A stretch of 64,000 nucleotides of DNA from Candidatus Omnitrophota bacterium (lineage in GTDB: Bacteria > Omnitrophota > Gorgyraeia > Tantalellales > Tantalellaceae). Within the stretch, counting starts at the first letter, position 1; the number at the start of each line of letters is the position of its first letter. The notes beneath the pieces were generated by a model. The model was not told the origin of the DNA. It made no database searches and saw only the letters and a list, made by a program, of their open reading frames with translations. Shown piece by piece: positions 27,910 through 38,857 of the stretch. The stretch lies in NCBI GenBank assembly GCA_007135805.1, contig SLID01000099.1, positions 1,882 through 65,881 of the forward strand, read 5' to 3'. Made by a program: the position numbers and the translations under genes.

Positions 27910-28761
27910 ATGGAAGAAGCCATAAGGAAGAGCGCGATACTTATAGAAGCTCTGCCGTACATAAAGAAATTCTTCAACAAAATAGTTGTCATAAAGTTTG
28001 GAGGAAGCTCTCTAAACGATGAAAAAGTGCGGTCCATGGTCCTGCAGGACATTGTTTTTATGCGTTACGCGGGCATGAAACCCGTTCTCGTTCACGGGGG
28101 CGGTCCCGATATAAATAGACGGCTTTTGGAATCCAACATCGACACCAAATTCGTTGACGGGTTGAGGGTGACATGCGAGGCCTCAATGGGCATTGTGGAT
28201 TCCGTCCTTGTTGAAGTCAATCGTCTGCTCGTGTCGGAGATCAACGGTTTTGGAGGAGAAGCTTTCGGTTTGAGCGGTAAAGAGAACAATATGATACAGG
28301 CGATTAAACGGGATGGCCCCGACCTGGGTTGTGTCGGTTCCGTCGGCGCCATAGACACCACAATATTGAAACGGCTTACTGACACCAACATAATACCTGT
28401 TATTTGCCCCGTCGGAAAAGGAGAGGACGGAAAATTGTACAATATAAATGCCGACGAGGCCGCTTCAAATATAGCCATAGCTTTGGACGCGGAGAAATTC
28501 GTGGTACTCACGAATGTCAGGGGTGTGATGAGGGACAAGGATGACCCCGGGTCGCTTTTTCATTCACTGACGATAGAGACAGTGGACCATCTTATTGAGA
28601 CTGGGGTCATAGAAGGTGGAATGGTTCCTAAGATAATGTCGTGCCTTACCGCGTTAAGGGGGGCTGTAAGAAAGGCCCATATCGTTGACGCGAACCTCAC
28701 GCACGCGCTTCTGCTTGAGATATTCACGGACAAAGGTATCGGTACGGAAATAGTACATTGA
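27910..28761 (+). CDS. argB: Acetylglutamate kinase
   Basis: EALPYI, VHGGGP, GLRVT, NINAD, GGMVPK, LLEIFT..GIGT. Confidence 0.97.
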   Translation: MEEAIRKSAILIEALPYIKKFFNKIVVIKFGGSSLNDEKVRSMVLQDIVFMRYAGMKPVLVHGGGPDINRRLLESNIDTKFVDGLRVTCEASMGIVDSVLVEVNRLLVSEINGFGGEAFGLSGKENNMIQAIKRDGPDLGCVGSVGAIDTTILKRLTDTNIIPVICPVGKGEDGKLYNINADEAASNIAIALDAEKFVVLTNVRGVMRDKDDPGSLFHSLTIETVDHLIETGVIEGGMVPKIMSCLTALRGAVRKAHIVDANLTHALLLEIFTDKGIGTEIVH

Positions 28762-28828
28762 ATCTACGGCCCGCGGCGCAGACTATACCGCGCTAATGCC
28801 GTTAACAAGTAAAAACAAGGTGTTTGAA

Positions 28829-30010
28829 ATGGGGATCAGCGAGATAAAAGATATGTACGAGAAATACGTTCTTTCTACTTACACCAGAGGAGATATCTGC
28901 CTTGTGAAGGGGGAAGGCTCCAGGGTCGAGGATTCTGAAGGGAACAGGTATCTCGACTTTTTCCCCGGGTGGGCGGTAAGCGGGGTGGGACACAGGCATC
29001 CCAGGGTTATCGGCAGGATAGAGCGGCAGCTTGAGCGGATATTGCATGTATCCAACAATTTTTACAACGAACTACAGCCTGTTCTTGCCCGCAAGATAAT
29101 AGAACATTCTTTTCCGGGCAGGGTCTTTTTCTCCAACAGCGGCGCGGAAGCCAATGAGGGAGCGATAAAATTCGCGCGAAAGTACGGCCGGGGTGAGCGG
29201 TATGAGATAATCACCATGGAAAGGTCCTTTCACGGCAGGACCCTGGCAACGCTTACTGCCACAGGACAGGAAAAGATCAAGGAAGGGTTCTATCCTCTGC
29301 CGGAGGGTTTCAAGCATGTACCTTTCAACGATATAGGGGCCTTAAAGGACGCCATAACCGACAGGACTGTCGCGGTTATGATGGAGCCCGTTCAAGGCGA
29401 AGGGGGAATAAACGTTCCCGGAAGGGATTATATGCGGGAACTCGGGGCTCTCTGCTCGGAACGGGATATTCTCCTCATAATGGACGAGGTCCAGACATGT
29501 ATGGGGCGTACTGGCGAGATGTTCGCTTACAGGCACTTCGGGGTCGAACCCGACGCTATGACACTTGCCAAGTCTCTCGGTGGAGGATTGCCCGTAGGAG
29601 CTTTGGTGGTAAAGGAAAAGCATAAAGACGTTCTTGGCCCGGGCTCGCACGCTTCTACATTCGGAGGAAGTCCCATAGTCTGCGCGGCCGGTTTAGGGGT
29701 TTTTGAGGCCATAGAGGAAGAAGACCTTCTTGATAACGCCGTCAAAATGGGAAATTATCTTGCCGGAAAATTAAGAGAGCTTGGCGAAAAGTTCCCGGTA
29801 ATTGAAGAAGTCCGGGGGTTGGCCCTTATGATCGGAATAAAGATGGGGCTTGAGGATGCCTCTCCCTTTGTGGGGAGCCTGGCGTCCAGAGGGGTTCTAA
29901 TAAACTGCACCCAGGGGAATGTCCTCAGGATGATGCCTCCTCTCACTGTCAATCGTGAACAGATAGACGAGGCAACTCAAAAATTTGCGGAAATTCTGGA
30001 GAAGATGTGA
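28829..30010 (+). CDS. argD: Acetylornithine aminotransferase
   Basis: NSGAEANE, SFHGRT, EPVQGEGG, DEVQT, LAKSLGGG. Confidence 0.95.
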   Translation: MGISEIKDMYEKYVLSTYTRGDICLVKGEGSRVEDSEGNRYLDFFPGWAVSGVGHRHPRVIGRIERQLERILHVSNNFYNELQPVLARKIIEHSFPGRVFFSNSGAEANEGAIKFARKYGRGERYEIITMERSFHGRTLATLTATGQEKIKEGFYPLPEGFKHVPFNDIGALKDAITDRTVAVMMEPVQGEGGINVPGRDYMRELGALCSERDILLIMDEVQTCMGRTGEMFAYRHFGVEPDAMTLAKSLGGGLPVGALVVKEKHKDVLGPGSHASTFGGSPIVCAAGLGVFEAIEEEDLLDNAVKMGNYLAGKLRELGEKFPVIEEVRGLALMIGIKMGLEDASPFVGSLASRGVLINCTQGNVLRMMPPLTVNREQIDEATQKFAEILEKM

Positions 30011-30011
30011 T

Positions 30012-30929
30012 ATGAGGAAGAAAAAAGATCTGGTATCGCTGAGGGACCTTGACCGCGGGGAAGTGTTTAACATACTGAAAATGGCCAGGAAACTGAAAAA
30101 AAGGCCCCTTCTATGCAAAACCTCATGCGGAGATAAGACGTTGGCGCTCCTTTTTCAAAAACCTTCCAACCGGACAAGGATATCCTTTGAAGTAGCCATG
30201 GTGCATCTTGGCGGGTATGTCCTTTATCTTAGCCCGTCAGAGATAGATATGGGGGGACGGGAACCGGTGAAGGATGTGGGAAGGGTGGTGTCAAGATATG
30301 TTGATGGGATAGTGGCGAGGGTTTTTTCACATAATGACGTGCAGGACCTGTCGGTTTATTCGGATGTTCCTGTAATAAACGGTCTTTCTGATATGGCGCA
30401 TCCCTGCCAGGCGCTGAGCGATGTTTTTACGGTAATGGAGGCGAAAGGGTTGAAAAAAGTAAAACTCGCTTACGTGGGCGACGGTAACAATGTTTTAAAC
30501 TCACTTGTAATGGCGGCGGCTAAAACGGGCCTGAACATGAGTATCGCTACACCCGCGGGATATGAGCCGGATGCCGAGAATTTTGATGAAGCTGTCAGGG
30601 AAGCCCGCCTTTCAAAGGCCGCTATATGGAAGTGTAACGACCCGTTCGAGGCGGTCCGGGACGCCGATGTTGTTTACACGGATGTGTGGGTAAGTATGGG
30701 GCAGGAACAGGACAGGGAAAAACGGCTCAAAGATTTCAGGCCTTTTCAGGTCAATGACAGGCTGATGAAGGCGGCAAAGCCTGATGCCCTCATAATGCAT
30801 TGTTTGCCGGCCCACAGGGGCGAGGAAATAACGGACGTAATAGACGGTAAGAATTCCATAGTTTATGATCAGGCGGAAAACAGGATGCACGTGCAGAAAG
30901 CTGTCCTGTTGAAATTGATGAGTTCCTGA
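30012..30929 (+). CDS. argF: Ornithine carbamoyltransferase
   Basis: SNRT (STRT variant), HPCQ, GDGNN, WVSMG, HCLP, QAENR. Confidence 0.96.
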   Translation: MRKKKDLVSLRDLDRGEVFNILKMARKLKKRPLLCKTSCGDKTLALLFQKPSNRTRISFEVAMVHLGGYVLYLSPSEIDMGGREPVKDVGRVVSRYVDGIVARVFSHNDVQDLSVYSDVPVINGLSDMAHPCQALSDVFTVMEAKGLKKVKLAYVGDGNNVLNSLVMAAAKTGLNMSIATPAGYEPDAENFDEAVREARLSKAAIWKCNDPFEAVRDADVVYTDVWVSMGQEQDREKRLKDFRPFQVNDRLMKAAKPDALIMHCLPAHRGEEITDVIDGKNSIVYDQAENRMHVQKAVLLKLMSS

Positions 30930-30990
30930 TACCCGCCGCTGAGGCTGTTTCGGGCGGGAGACGGCCGGGTATAAAAAAGAGGAGAAGGAA

Positions 30991-32163
30991 ATGTCTAAGA
31001 AAAAGGTCGTCCTGGCCTATTCCGGCGGATTGGACACCTCGGTCATCATACGCTGGCTTATGGACCGGGGGTATGAGGTCATATGCTACATGGGTGATGT
31101 GGGCCAGGGATCCGACACTGAAAGCGCCCGGGAAAGGGCCATGCGTATAGGGGCGTCAAAGTGCATAGTCGGGGATCTTAAGCGGGAATTTGTCAAAGAA
31201 TACGCTTTCAGGGCACTTAAGGCCGGGGCGTTATACCAGGGAAAATATAATCTCGCCACAGCCCTTTCGCGCCCGATAATAGCCGATGCTATGGTCCGGG
31301 AAGCTGTCAGACAAAAAGCTTCGGCGCTGGCGCATGGATGTACTGGTAAGGGGAATGACCAGGTAAGGTTTGAAGTTACTTTTCATGTCAAAGCCCCCGG
31401 GATCAAGGTTATAGCGCCGGTCAGGGAGTGGGAGCTTACAACACGTGAATCCGAGATAGACTACGCTATTTCAAATAAGATCCCTGTCGAACAAACGCGG
31501 GAAAAACTTTACAGCATAGACAAGAACCTCTGGGGTATAAGTGTCGAAGGAGGGGATCTGGAGGATCCGTGGAAGGAACCGGGCGAAGACACTTACATAA
31601 GCGTTAAGCCCGCGCGGAAAACCCCTGACGTTCCAAAGAATGTCACACTCAAGTTTTCGGGAGGGATCCCGGTCGCCCTGGATGGAAAAAAATATCGGCC
31701 TGTCGAACTTATTGAAAAACTTAACGCCCTGGGCGGTAAGCACGGCGTGGGGCGGGTAGATATGATAGAGGACCGCCTTGTGGGGATAAAGTCCCGCGAG
31801 ATTTATGAGGCTCCCGCGTCAGCCATACTTTACGCCGCTCACACAGCGCTTGAGGAAATGGTGCTTGATAGGGCTACAAGGGAATACAAGGCTCTTCTTG
31901 CCCAGCGCTACTCAGAACTGGTCTACAACGGGTTGTGGTTCACCCCTCTGAGGGAATCGATAGACGCTTTTGTTGACAGCACCCAGAAGTCCGTTTCAGG
32001 TGAGGTAAGACTCAAACTTTACAAGGGCAGTGTTTCTGTCTCTGGCAGAAAAAGCGCCAGGTCGCGTTACAAGCTGGCTTTGGCAACATACGGGGAGGGT
32101 GATGTTTTTGACCAGTCTCTGGCCAAGGGCTTTATAGACCTGTGGGCGATGCCTTACAGGTGA
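30991..32163 (+). CDS. argG: Argininosuccinate synthase
   Basis: AYSGGLDTS, HGCTGKGNDQVRF, GIKSREIYE. Confidence 0.98.
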   Translation: MSKKKVVLAYSGGLDTSVIIRWLMDRGYEVICYMGDVGQGSDTESARERAMRIGASKCIVGDLKREFVKEYAFRALKAGALYQGKYNLATALSRPIIADAMVREAVRQKASALAHGCTGKGNDQVRFEVTFHVKAPGIKVIAPVREWELTTRESEIDYAISNKIPVEQTREKLYSIDKNLWGISVEGGDLEDPWKEPGEDTYISVKPARKTPDVPKNVTLKFSGGIPVALDGKKYRPVELIEKLNALGGKHGVGRVDMIEDRLVGIKSREIYEAPASAILYAAHTALEEMVLDRATREYKALLAQRYSELVYNGLWFTPLRESIDAFVDSTQKSVSGEVRLKLYKGSVSVSGRKSARSRYKLALATYGEGDVFDQSLAKGFIDLWAMPYR

Positions 32164-32235
32164 CCGCGTGAAGCGATCTGTCCCGAGGGCTAAATTCTGC
32201 CCAGAGGGTCGGGCAGAAGAAGAGTGGGAGGAATT

Positions 32236-33609
32236 ATGGGAAAATTATGGGGAGGTAGATTTTCGGGCCAGAGCATGGACCCGGAAGTGCTTGAGTTCTC
32301 TTCCAGTATTGACATAGATAAGGTGCTGGCGGAATATGATTGTCGTTCCAGCGGTGTCCATGTTGAGATGCTGGAGAAATGCGGATACATCTCAGATGTA
32401 GAGAAACAAGTCCTTTCCGTGGCTCTCAAGGAGATCCTGGACGAGATAGCCGCCGGCTGTTTTGAAAGTGGGGGGTTCGAGGATATCCATTCCGCCATAC
32501 AAGACCGTATGGAAAAAAAATGCCCCGATGAGGCAAAAAAGCTTCATACCGCGAGGTCGAGAAACGAGCAGGTAGTCAACGATGTAAGGTTATATGCCAA
32601 AGACAAGGCCGATGAAGCTGTCGAGCTGATAAGAGAATTGCAAAAAAGCTTTTTATGTCTGGCCGACCGGAACCGCGACGCCATAATACCGGGATATACC
32701 CATCTTAACAGAGCTCAGCCGGTACTTTTTTCCCACCTCGCGCTTGCTTATATGGAGATGCTTGAACGGGACAGGGGAAGGATAATTGACGCCCGAAAAC
32801 GCCTGGATTTAAGCGTAATGGGATCGGGGGCCATAGCAGGATCGGCCCTCGCGCTTGACCGCGGGTTTGTGTCCGGCAAGCTGGGTTTCAGCGATATTTC
32901 CGCGAACAGTATAGATTCGGTGAGTGACAGGGATTTCATGGCGGAGCTTATGGCGGCTTTCAGCATACTTGTTGTCCACCTTTCCCGGATAAGCGAGGAC
33001 CTCATACTTTACAGTATCCCTGAATTCGGGTTTATATCGATGGACGAAAAGTTCACGACTGGGAGCTCCCTTATGCCTCAGAAAAAGAATCCCGATGTTC
33101 TTGAGCTGATAAGAGGCAGATCCGCGGGTATAATCGGGGACCTTAACTCGATACTGGTGCTTCTCAAAGCCCAACCTCACGCTTACAACCGGGACCTTCA
33201 GGAGGATAAGAGGTTCTTTTTCAGGTCGGTCGAGACTGTTTTTGGTTGTCTCCGGGTGTTCGCCCCTCTGGTCTTGTCAATATCCGTAGACACTGTCGCC
33301 TCCGGGAAGGCGCTTTCTGACGAGTTTATATACGCTACGGACATAGCCGAACATCTTGTGGCCAAAGGAGCCGCTTTTTCGGAAGCTCACAGAATAGTCG
33401 GCAACATGGTGGGATACTGTACGAAAAAAAACATTAATATATCAGGATTGTCCCTGACTGAACTGAAGGCCTTTTCAGAACTTCTGGATGAAAGTGTTTT
33501 CTCTCTTCTTTCAGCCGGTTCCTCGGTATCCGGGAAAAAGACAGAGGGGAGTACCAATCCTGAAATGGTGTACAGGCAGATCGAACTGTGGAAGAAAAAG
33601 GTCAAGTAA
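32236..33609 (+). CDS. argH: Argininosuccinate lyase
   Basis: LWGGRF, HTARSRNEQ, PGYTH, GSSLMPQKKNPD, YNRDLQEDK. Confidence 0.97.
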   Translation: MGKLWGGRFSGQSMDPEVLEFSSSIDIDKVLAEYDCRSSGVHVEMLEKCGYISDVEKQVLSVALKEILDEIAAGCFESGGFEDIHSAIQDRMEKKCPDEAKKLHTARSRNEQVVNDVRLYAKDKADEAVELIRELQKSFLCLADRNRDAIIPGYTHLNRAQPVLFSHLALAYMEMLERDRGRIIDARKRLDLSVMGSGAIAGSALALDRGFVSGKLGFSDISANSIDSVSDRDFMAELMAAFSILVVHLSRISEDLILYSIPEFGFISMDEKFTTGSSLMPQKKNPDVLELIRGRSAGIIGDLNSILVLLKAQPHAYNRDLQEDKRFFFRSVETVFGCLRVFAPLVLSISVDTVASGKALSDEFIYATDIAEHLVAKGAAFSEAHRIVGNMVGYCTKKNINISGLSLTELKAFSELLDESVFSLLSAGSSVSGKKTEGSTNPEMVYRQIELWKKKVK

Positions 33610-33688
33610 GGGGCCGGGACTTTTTCCGCGGTGACCGCCGGTCACTGTTATGCCGCCGGATACGGTCTTAAATGAAATGGAGTATGAC

Positions 33689-34933
33689 ATGCATGAATTC
33701 AATTACAGGAAGAATATCCTTTATTGCGAAGACATAGCGGTGCCTGATATCGTGAAGGAACATGGGACGCCGTTTTACCTGTACAGTTTAAAGACCGTGC
33801 TCGGTCATTTAGAAAGGATAAAGGAAGCTTTCAGCGAGCTTGATCCCCTGATATGTTTTTCAATGAAATCCAACTCCAATCTTACTTTGTGCCGGGCCCT
33901 GGTTTCATCGGGAGCCGGACTTGACATAGTTTCCGGAGGGGAGCTTTACAAAGCCCTGAAGGTGGGGTGCCCGCCGGAGCGCATAGTATACGCCAGCGTC
34001 GGAAAGACGGTATCCGAAATACGCCAGGCGATAAATGAAGAGATACTCCTGTTCAATGTGGAGTCTGTTCCCGAACTCATAATGATAGACTCTGCGGCTA
34101 AAAAGCTCAAGAGGAAGGTGGATGTCGCGATAAGGGTTAACCCGGACGTAACCCCGGAAACGCATGACTACATAACGACCGGTTCAGGGGAAAAGAAATT
34201 CGGCATAGATTTTAAGACGGTTGAGGAGATCTTTGACAACAGCAACAAGTATTCCCATGTGTCGCTCAAGGGGCTTCATGTTCACATAGGGTCGCAGATA
34301 ACCGACCCGAGCCCTTTCTCGGAAGCTCTTGTAAAGGTCCTGGAATTTATCGACAAAAGCGGTATAGAACCTGAATGGCTTAATATCGGCGGAGGGTTCG
34401 GCATCGACTATGGGCCCGAAAGAGCGGCTGAAGCCGCCGACATAGCGGCAGCTATCGTTCCTTTGTTGAGGGACAGGCCTTATAAGATCATACTGGAACC
34501 CGGAAGGTTCATCATGGGGAATAGCGGTATTCTAGTGACAAAAGTGATTTACGTAAAAACCAATCCCAGCGGGAAAAAATTCGCGATCGTTGACGCCGGT
34601 ATGAACGATCTTTTAAGACCCAGCCTTTACAGGGCATATCATGACATTGTGCCGGTTTCTCAAAGGGACGCTTCATCGGACATCTATGACATAGTCGGAC
34701 CCATCTGTGAAAGCGGGGATTACCTGGGGCTGAAGAGGGAACTTCAGGAGCTTATCCCAGGAGAATGTCTGGCGGTGATGGGAGCCGGAGCGTACGGTTT
34801 CACCATGGCTTCTAACTACAATTCCAGGCCGAAACCCGCCGAGATAGTTGTAATAGGCGGCCAGGCCAGGGTGGCGAGGCGAGCGGAAACGCACAGGGAT
34901 CTGATAAGGGGAGAAAAGATAATACTGCCATAG
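33689..34933 (+). CDS. lysA: Diaminopimelate decarboxylase
   Basis: KSNSN, DIVSGGE, HIGSQI, EPGR, GPICESGD, MASNYN. Confidence 0.97.
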   Translation: MHEFNYRKNILYCEDIAVPDIVKEHGTPFYLYSLKTVLGHLERIKEAFSELDPLICFSMKSNSNLTLCRALVSSGAGLDIVSGGELYKALKVGCPPERIVYASVGKTVSEIRQAINEEILLFNVESVPELIMIDSAAKKLKRKVDVAIRVNPDVTPETHDYITTGSGEKKFGIDFKTVEEIFDNSNKYSHVSLKGLHVHIGSQITDPSPFSEALVKVLEFIDKSGIEPEWLNIGGGFGIDYGPERAAEAADIAAAIVPLLRDRPYKIILEPGRFIMGNSGILVTKVIYVKTNPSGKKFAIVDAGMNDLLRPSLYRAYHDIVPVSQRDASSDIYDIVGPICESGDYLGLKRELQELIPGECLAVMGAGAYGFTMASNYNSRPKPAEIVVIGGQARVARRAETHRDLIRGEKIILP

Positions 34934-34988
34934 GAACCTCGGAAGTAATGTACGGAAATACGTAAAATAAAAGCTAAGGAGCGTAGAG

Positions 34989-35810
34989 GTGCCGGAAAGA
35001 TACGGTTTGTTTTTTTCAAAGTATGTGGCAAGCGGAAACGACTTCATAATACTTGATAACATCTCGGGAGAGATCGATACAATGTGTCTGGATCTCGGGG
35101 ATGTCGCCAGGGATATATGCCGCCGCCGCCTTTCGGTCGGAGCGGACGGTCTTTTGGTCCTTGAAAGTTCCGCCCGGGCTGATATCCGGATGAGAATAAT
35201 AAACCCCGATGGTTCGGAAGCCAGTATGTGCGGTAACGGCGCGAGATGCGCGGCGCTTTACGTTTCAGATAATGGGGCAGGGAGCGATCTGAAAATTGAG
35301 ACCGGTGCCGGCATCATAGGGGCTTCCGTCGCGGGAGACAATGTAAAGGTCCGGATGAGCGATCCTCACGGCATAGAACTTGGTCTCAAGCTGGGAGTGG
35401 GAGACACTATAGCCACTGTTCACAAAATAAATACCGGGGTGCCTCATGCTGTGCATATGGTCGAGGATATAGAGAATTTTCCCGTCGAGGAGTACGGCAG
35501 AAAGATAAGAGAACACAGCGCGTTCAGCCCCCAAGGGACAAACGTGAATTTTGTGGGAGATCCAAAAAACAATTTGGCGCCGCTTAGGACATATGAGAGA
35601 GGTGTTGAATCGGAGACCCTTTCATGCGGAACGGGTACCGTGGCCTCGGCGGTGGTGCTGGGTCTCCTGGGGCAGGCGGAGAGTCCGGCCGGAATAAGGA
35701 CGAGGAGCGGTGAGATCCTTACGGTTTATTTCAGAATATTCCCCGGGCACATTGTCAGGGATGTGTACCTGGAAGGCTCCGCGAGAAAAGCCTATGAAGG
35801 CAAAGTATAA
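34989..35810 (+). CDS. dapF: Diaminopimelate epimerase
   Basis: GNDF, MCGNGARC, GVPH, TNVNF, ERGV..ETLSCGTG. Confidence 0.96.
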   Translation: MPERYGLFFSKYVASGNDFIILDNISGEIDTMCLDLGDVARDICRRRLSVGADGLLVLESSARADIRMRIINPDGSEASMCGNGARCAALYVSDNGAGSDLKIETGAGIIGASVAGDNVKVRMSDPHGIELGLKLGVGDTIATVHKINTGVPHAVHMVEDIENFPVEEYGRKIREHSAFSPQGTNVNFVGDPKNNLAPLRTYERGVESETLSCGTGTVASAVVLGLLGQAESPAGIRTRSGEILTVYFRIFPGHIVRDVYLEGSARKAYEGKV

Positions 35811-35842
35811 TTTCAAAGATAAGAAAAAAAGGAGTTGATTAT

Positions 35843-36724
35843 ATGTTTAAAGGCGCATTTGTGGCTTTGGTAACGCCGTTCAGGGACGGAAAAGTGGATG
35901 AAAAAAAGTACAGACAGCTGATCGAATTTCAGATAGAGAAAGGTATCGACGGGATCGTTCCCTGCGGCTGTACCGGCGAGGCGGCAACGTTGAACGCCGC
36001 CGAACAGAAACGGCTTATCAAGGTGGCTGTCGAAACGGTTGACGGCCGGGTTCCCGTGGTAGCGGGTACAGGGTCGAACTGCACCCGGGAAGCGGTGGAC
36101 CTTACTTCCTCCGCCGCGAAGGCTGGATGCGACGGGGCACTCGTCATAACTCCCTATTACAATAAACCCACTCCTGAAGGACAGTACCGGCATTACAGGG
36201 AAATCGCCGCCTCCGCCGACATCCCTATAATGCTTTATAACGTGCCATCACGGACCGGAATATCGCTATCCCCGGCGACCGTGGCGCGCTTGTCTAGGAT
36301 AGATAACATAACTTCTATTAAAGAAGCTTCCGGTTCGGTGCAGCAGGTGACGGACATTCTGTCTCTTTGCGATATAACAGTGCTGAGCGGAGATGACTCT
36401 AATACGCTTCCTTTCATGTCGGTTGGGGCAAAAGGGGTGGTGAGTGTGGCGGCCAATATAATACCGGAAAAAATACACGCGCTAACACAGTTTTACCTGG
36501 CGGGCAATCATGAAAAGAGCCGCCGGATGCACTACGAGATAGCGGAACTCTGCGCGGCGATGTTCATAGAAACGAATCCTATACCGGTAAAAACGGCGTT
36601 GAGCCTGATGAAAATGGTGGACGAGGAATGGCGTATGCCGCTTTGTGAAATGCGGAAAGACAACAGGGATAAGCTTAAGGCGATCCTCGGAAAGTATAAG
36701 CTGATACGTTCACGGCGTCCGTGA
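35843..36724 (+). CDS. dapA: 4-hydroxy-tetrahydrodipicolinate synthase
   Basis: GCTGE, TPYYNKP, LYNVPSRT, IKEASG, ETNPIPVK. Confidence 0.97.
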   Translation: MFKGAFVALVTPFRDGKVDEKKYRQLIEFQIEKGIDGIVPCGCTGEAATLNAAEQKRLIKVAVETVDGRVPVVAGTGSNCTREAVDLTSSAAKAGCDGALVITPYYNKPTPEGQYRHYREIAASADIPIMLYNVPSRTGISLSPATVARLSRIDNITSIKEASGSVQQVTDILSLCDITVLSGDDSNTLPFMSVGAKGVVSVAANIIPEKIHALTQFYLAGNHEKSRRMHYEIAELCAAMFIETNPIPVKTALSLMKMVDEEWRMPLCEMRKDNRDKLKAILGKYKLIRSRRP

Positions 36725-36868
36725 CATGTTCTGCCCTGTATCTTTACGGTCACGGCGGACCGGACAGCGGCCGCGCCGGTTGGGTTTAGAAATGCCGGGA
36801 TACGCCGGATCCTCGTGGAGTCGCGAATAACTGAAAAGCTCGGATCCTTGTCCTGAAAGGAGGAGACT

Positions 36869-37609
36869 ATGGTTAAAATATGCGTAGCGGGCGCCTGCGG
36901 GAAAATGGGCAGGCGTATAGCGGATCTCGCGGGCAAAGACCCTGAGATAAAGATAGTGTCGCTTTTAGAGAGTCCCGATTGTCCTCATGTGGGTGAAACA
37001 GTTGAAAAGGTTCCGGGATCAGGCGACAGCGTGATAAGCGTCATATCAGAGTCGGGAGAGGCCTTCTCCGGGGTCGACTGCGTTATTGATTTCACCTTAC
37101 CCGAACCTACCCTGGAACATCTTCAGGAATGTGTGAAGAGATCCGTGGGTATTGTTATCGGCACCACTGGTTTTTCCCCGGAATCTGAACTCAGTATCCG
37201 CGAAGCCTCGCGCGAAATTCCCATAGTTTTTTCCCCGAACATGGCTGTAGGGGTAAATATTGTTTTCAAGGTGGTTTCTGATATTTGCGGAGCAATGGGT
37301 AAGGGCCTCAGAGTCAAGGTGGACGAGACCCATCATGTCCACAAAAAGGATTCACCCAGCGGTACGGCAAAAAAAATAGTGTCTTGTATAAAGGAAACAT
37401 GCGGGGTAGAACCCCGGGTAGAGGTTTTCCGGGAAGGAGAGGTAATAGGAGAGCATGGTATTGTTTTCGACAGTGAGTTCGAGAAAATAGAGCTGCGTCA
37501 TTCCGCAAAGGATAGGGATGTTTTTGCCGCGGGGGCATTGCGCGCGGCAAAATTCGTCAAAGGAAAGCCACCAGGGCTTTATAGCATGGCGGATGTACTG
37601 GGCATATAG
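36869..37609 (+). CDS. dapB: 4-hydroxy-tetrahydrodipicolinate reductase
   Basis: GACGKMG, IGTTG, ETHHVHKKDSPSGTA, FAAGAL.AA. Confidence 0.97.
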   Translation: MVKICVAGACGKMGRRIADLAGKDPEIKIVSLLESPDCPHVGETVEKVPGSGDSVISVISESGEAFSGVDCVIDFTLPEPTLEHLQECVKRSVGIVIGTTGFSPESELSIREASREIPIVFSPNMAVGVNIVFKVVSDICGAMGKGLRVKVDETHHVHKKDSPSGTAKKIVSCIKETCGVEPRVEVFREGEVIGEHGIVFDSEFEKIELRHSAKDRDVFAAGALRAAKFVKGKPPGLYSMADVLGI

Positions 37610-37681
37610 CGCGGGCGTGACGGCATTATAAAAAAGTAGTTTCATGTAAGACCGCGTCGGCGGTGAAAAGGAGAAATTAGC

Positions 37682-38848
37682 ATGGCAGAAATAGCTGAAA
37701 GATTGAAAAAACTTCCACCGTATCTTTTTGAGGAAATCGATAAAGCCAAACAACAGGCGATACAGCAGGGTAGACCGGTCATTGACCTGGGTGTCGGCGA
37801 TCCTGATATGCCAACGCCCGGGTTCGTTGTGGAAAGTCTCAGGGAGGCGGTTAAGGACCCTTCCAACCATAAATACCCTTTTAATAAAGGGATAGCTTCC
37901 CTTCGAAAGGAGATGGCCGTCTGGTATAAGAGACGCTTTGGTGTCGAACTGGATCCCGAAAAGGAGATTTTACCCCTCCTGGGCTCAAAGGAGGGCATAG
38001 CTCATATACCTCTGGCTTTCATCAACCCAGGGGATGAAGTCCTTGTCCCCGATCCCGGGTATCCGCCTTATGCTTCCGGTTCCATGTTTTCCGGCGCCAA
38101 GGTCACTTTTATGCCTCTCGTGTGTGAAAATAATTTTCTGCCGGACCTGGAAGCTATTGCCCCCGCGTCAGCCGCGAAGTGTAAACTCATGCACCTCAAT
38201 TATCCCAATAATCCCACGGGAGCGGTCTGTGACAAGGAGTTCTACCGGAGTGTGGTCAGTTTTGCCAGGGAACACGGGATAGTGGTTTGTTCTGACGCCG
38301 CTTACACCGAGATAAGTTATGACGGGTATGTGCCTCCCAGCTTTCTGGAAGCTGAAGGCGCCATGGAAGTAGGTGTAGAGTTCCATTCTTTGTCAAAAAC
38401 TTTCAATATGACCGGATGGAGGGTAGGGATGGCGGTCGGTAACGCCGATATCATAGCGGCTCTGTCTAAGGTAAAGGCTAATGTGGATTCGGGTATCTTC
38501 ACGCCCGTACAAGTAGCCGCCGTTGAAGCGCTGAAACGCTCAGAGGAGATCAAGTCGTCTATGTCCGGCGTATACCAATCCAGACGCGATGTCCTGGTCA
38601 AAGGGCTGAGGTCAGCGGGATGGGATGTGCCCGAGATAAAGGCCTCTTTTTATCTATGGATACCGGTCCTGGAAGGTTTCACTTCGGTCTCCATGGCGAA
38701 AGCCATGCTCGAGCAAGCTGATATTATAGTTACACCCGGTAACGGATTCGGGCCTTCCGGAGAGGGTTATATACGAATGGCTCTGACGGTTGGTGAGGAA
38801 AAACTGGAACAAGCTGTTGATCGGGTGAAAAAGGTTTTTGCCCGCTAG
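37682..38848 (+). CDS. dapL: LL-diaminopimelate aminotransferase (class I/II PLP)
   Basis: LPPYLF..ID, GSKEG, NYPNNPTG, SLSKTFNMTGWR; lies in a dap cluster with no dapD/dapE. Confidence 0.85.
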   Translation: MAEIAERLKKLPPYLFEEIDKAKQQAIQQGRPVIDLGVGDPDMPTPGFVVESLREAVKDPSNHKYPFNKGIASLRKEMAVWYKRRFGVELDPEKEILPLLGSKEGIAHIPLAFINPGDEVLVPDPGYPPYASGSMFSGAKVTFMPLVCENNFLPDLEAIAPASAAKCKLMHLNYPNNPTGAVCDKEFYRSVVSFAREHGIVVCSDAAYTEISYDGYVPPSFLEAEGAMEVGVEFHSLSKTFNMTGWRVGMAVGNADIIAALSKVKANVDSGIFTPVQVAAVEALKRSEEIKSSMSGVYQSRRDVLVKGLRSAGWDVPEIKASFYLWIPVLEGFTSVSMAKAMLEQADIIVTPGNGFGPSGEGYIRMALTVGEEKLEQAVDRVKKVFAR

Positions 38849-38857
38849 GGATCTTAC

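Noticed and set aside
30150-30180. ArgF SNRT instead of STRT as a sign of a different carbamoyltransferase
   Set aside because: The second position of the motif is variable; SMG, HCLP and the arg-operon context support ordinary OTCase.
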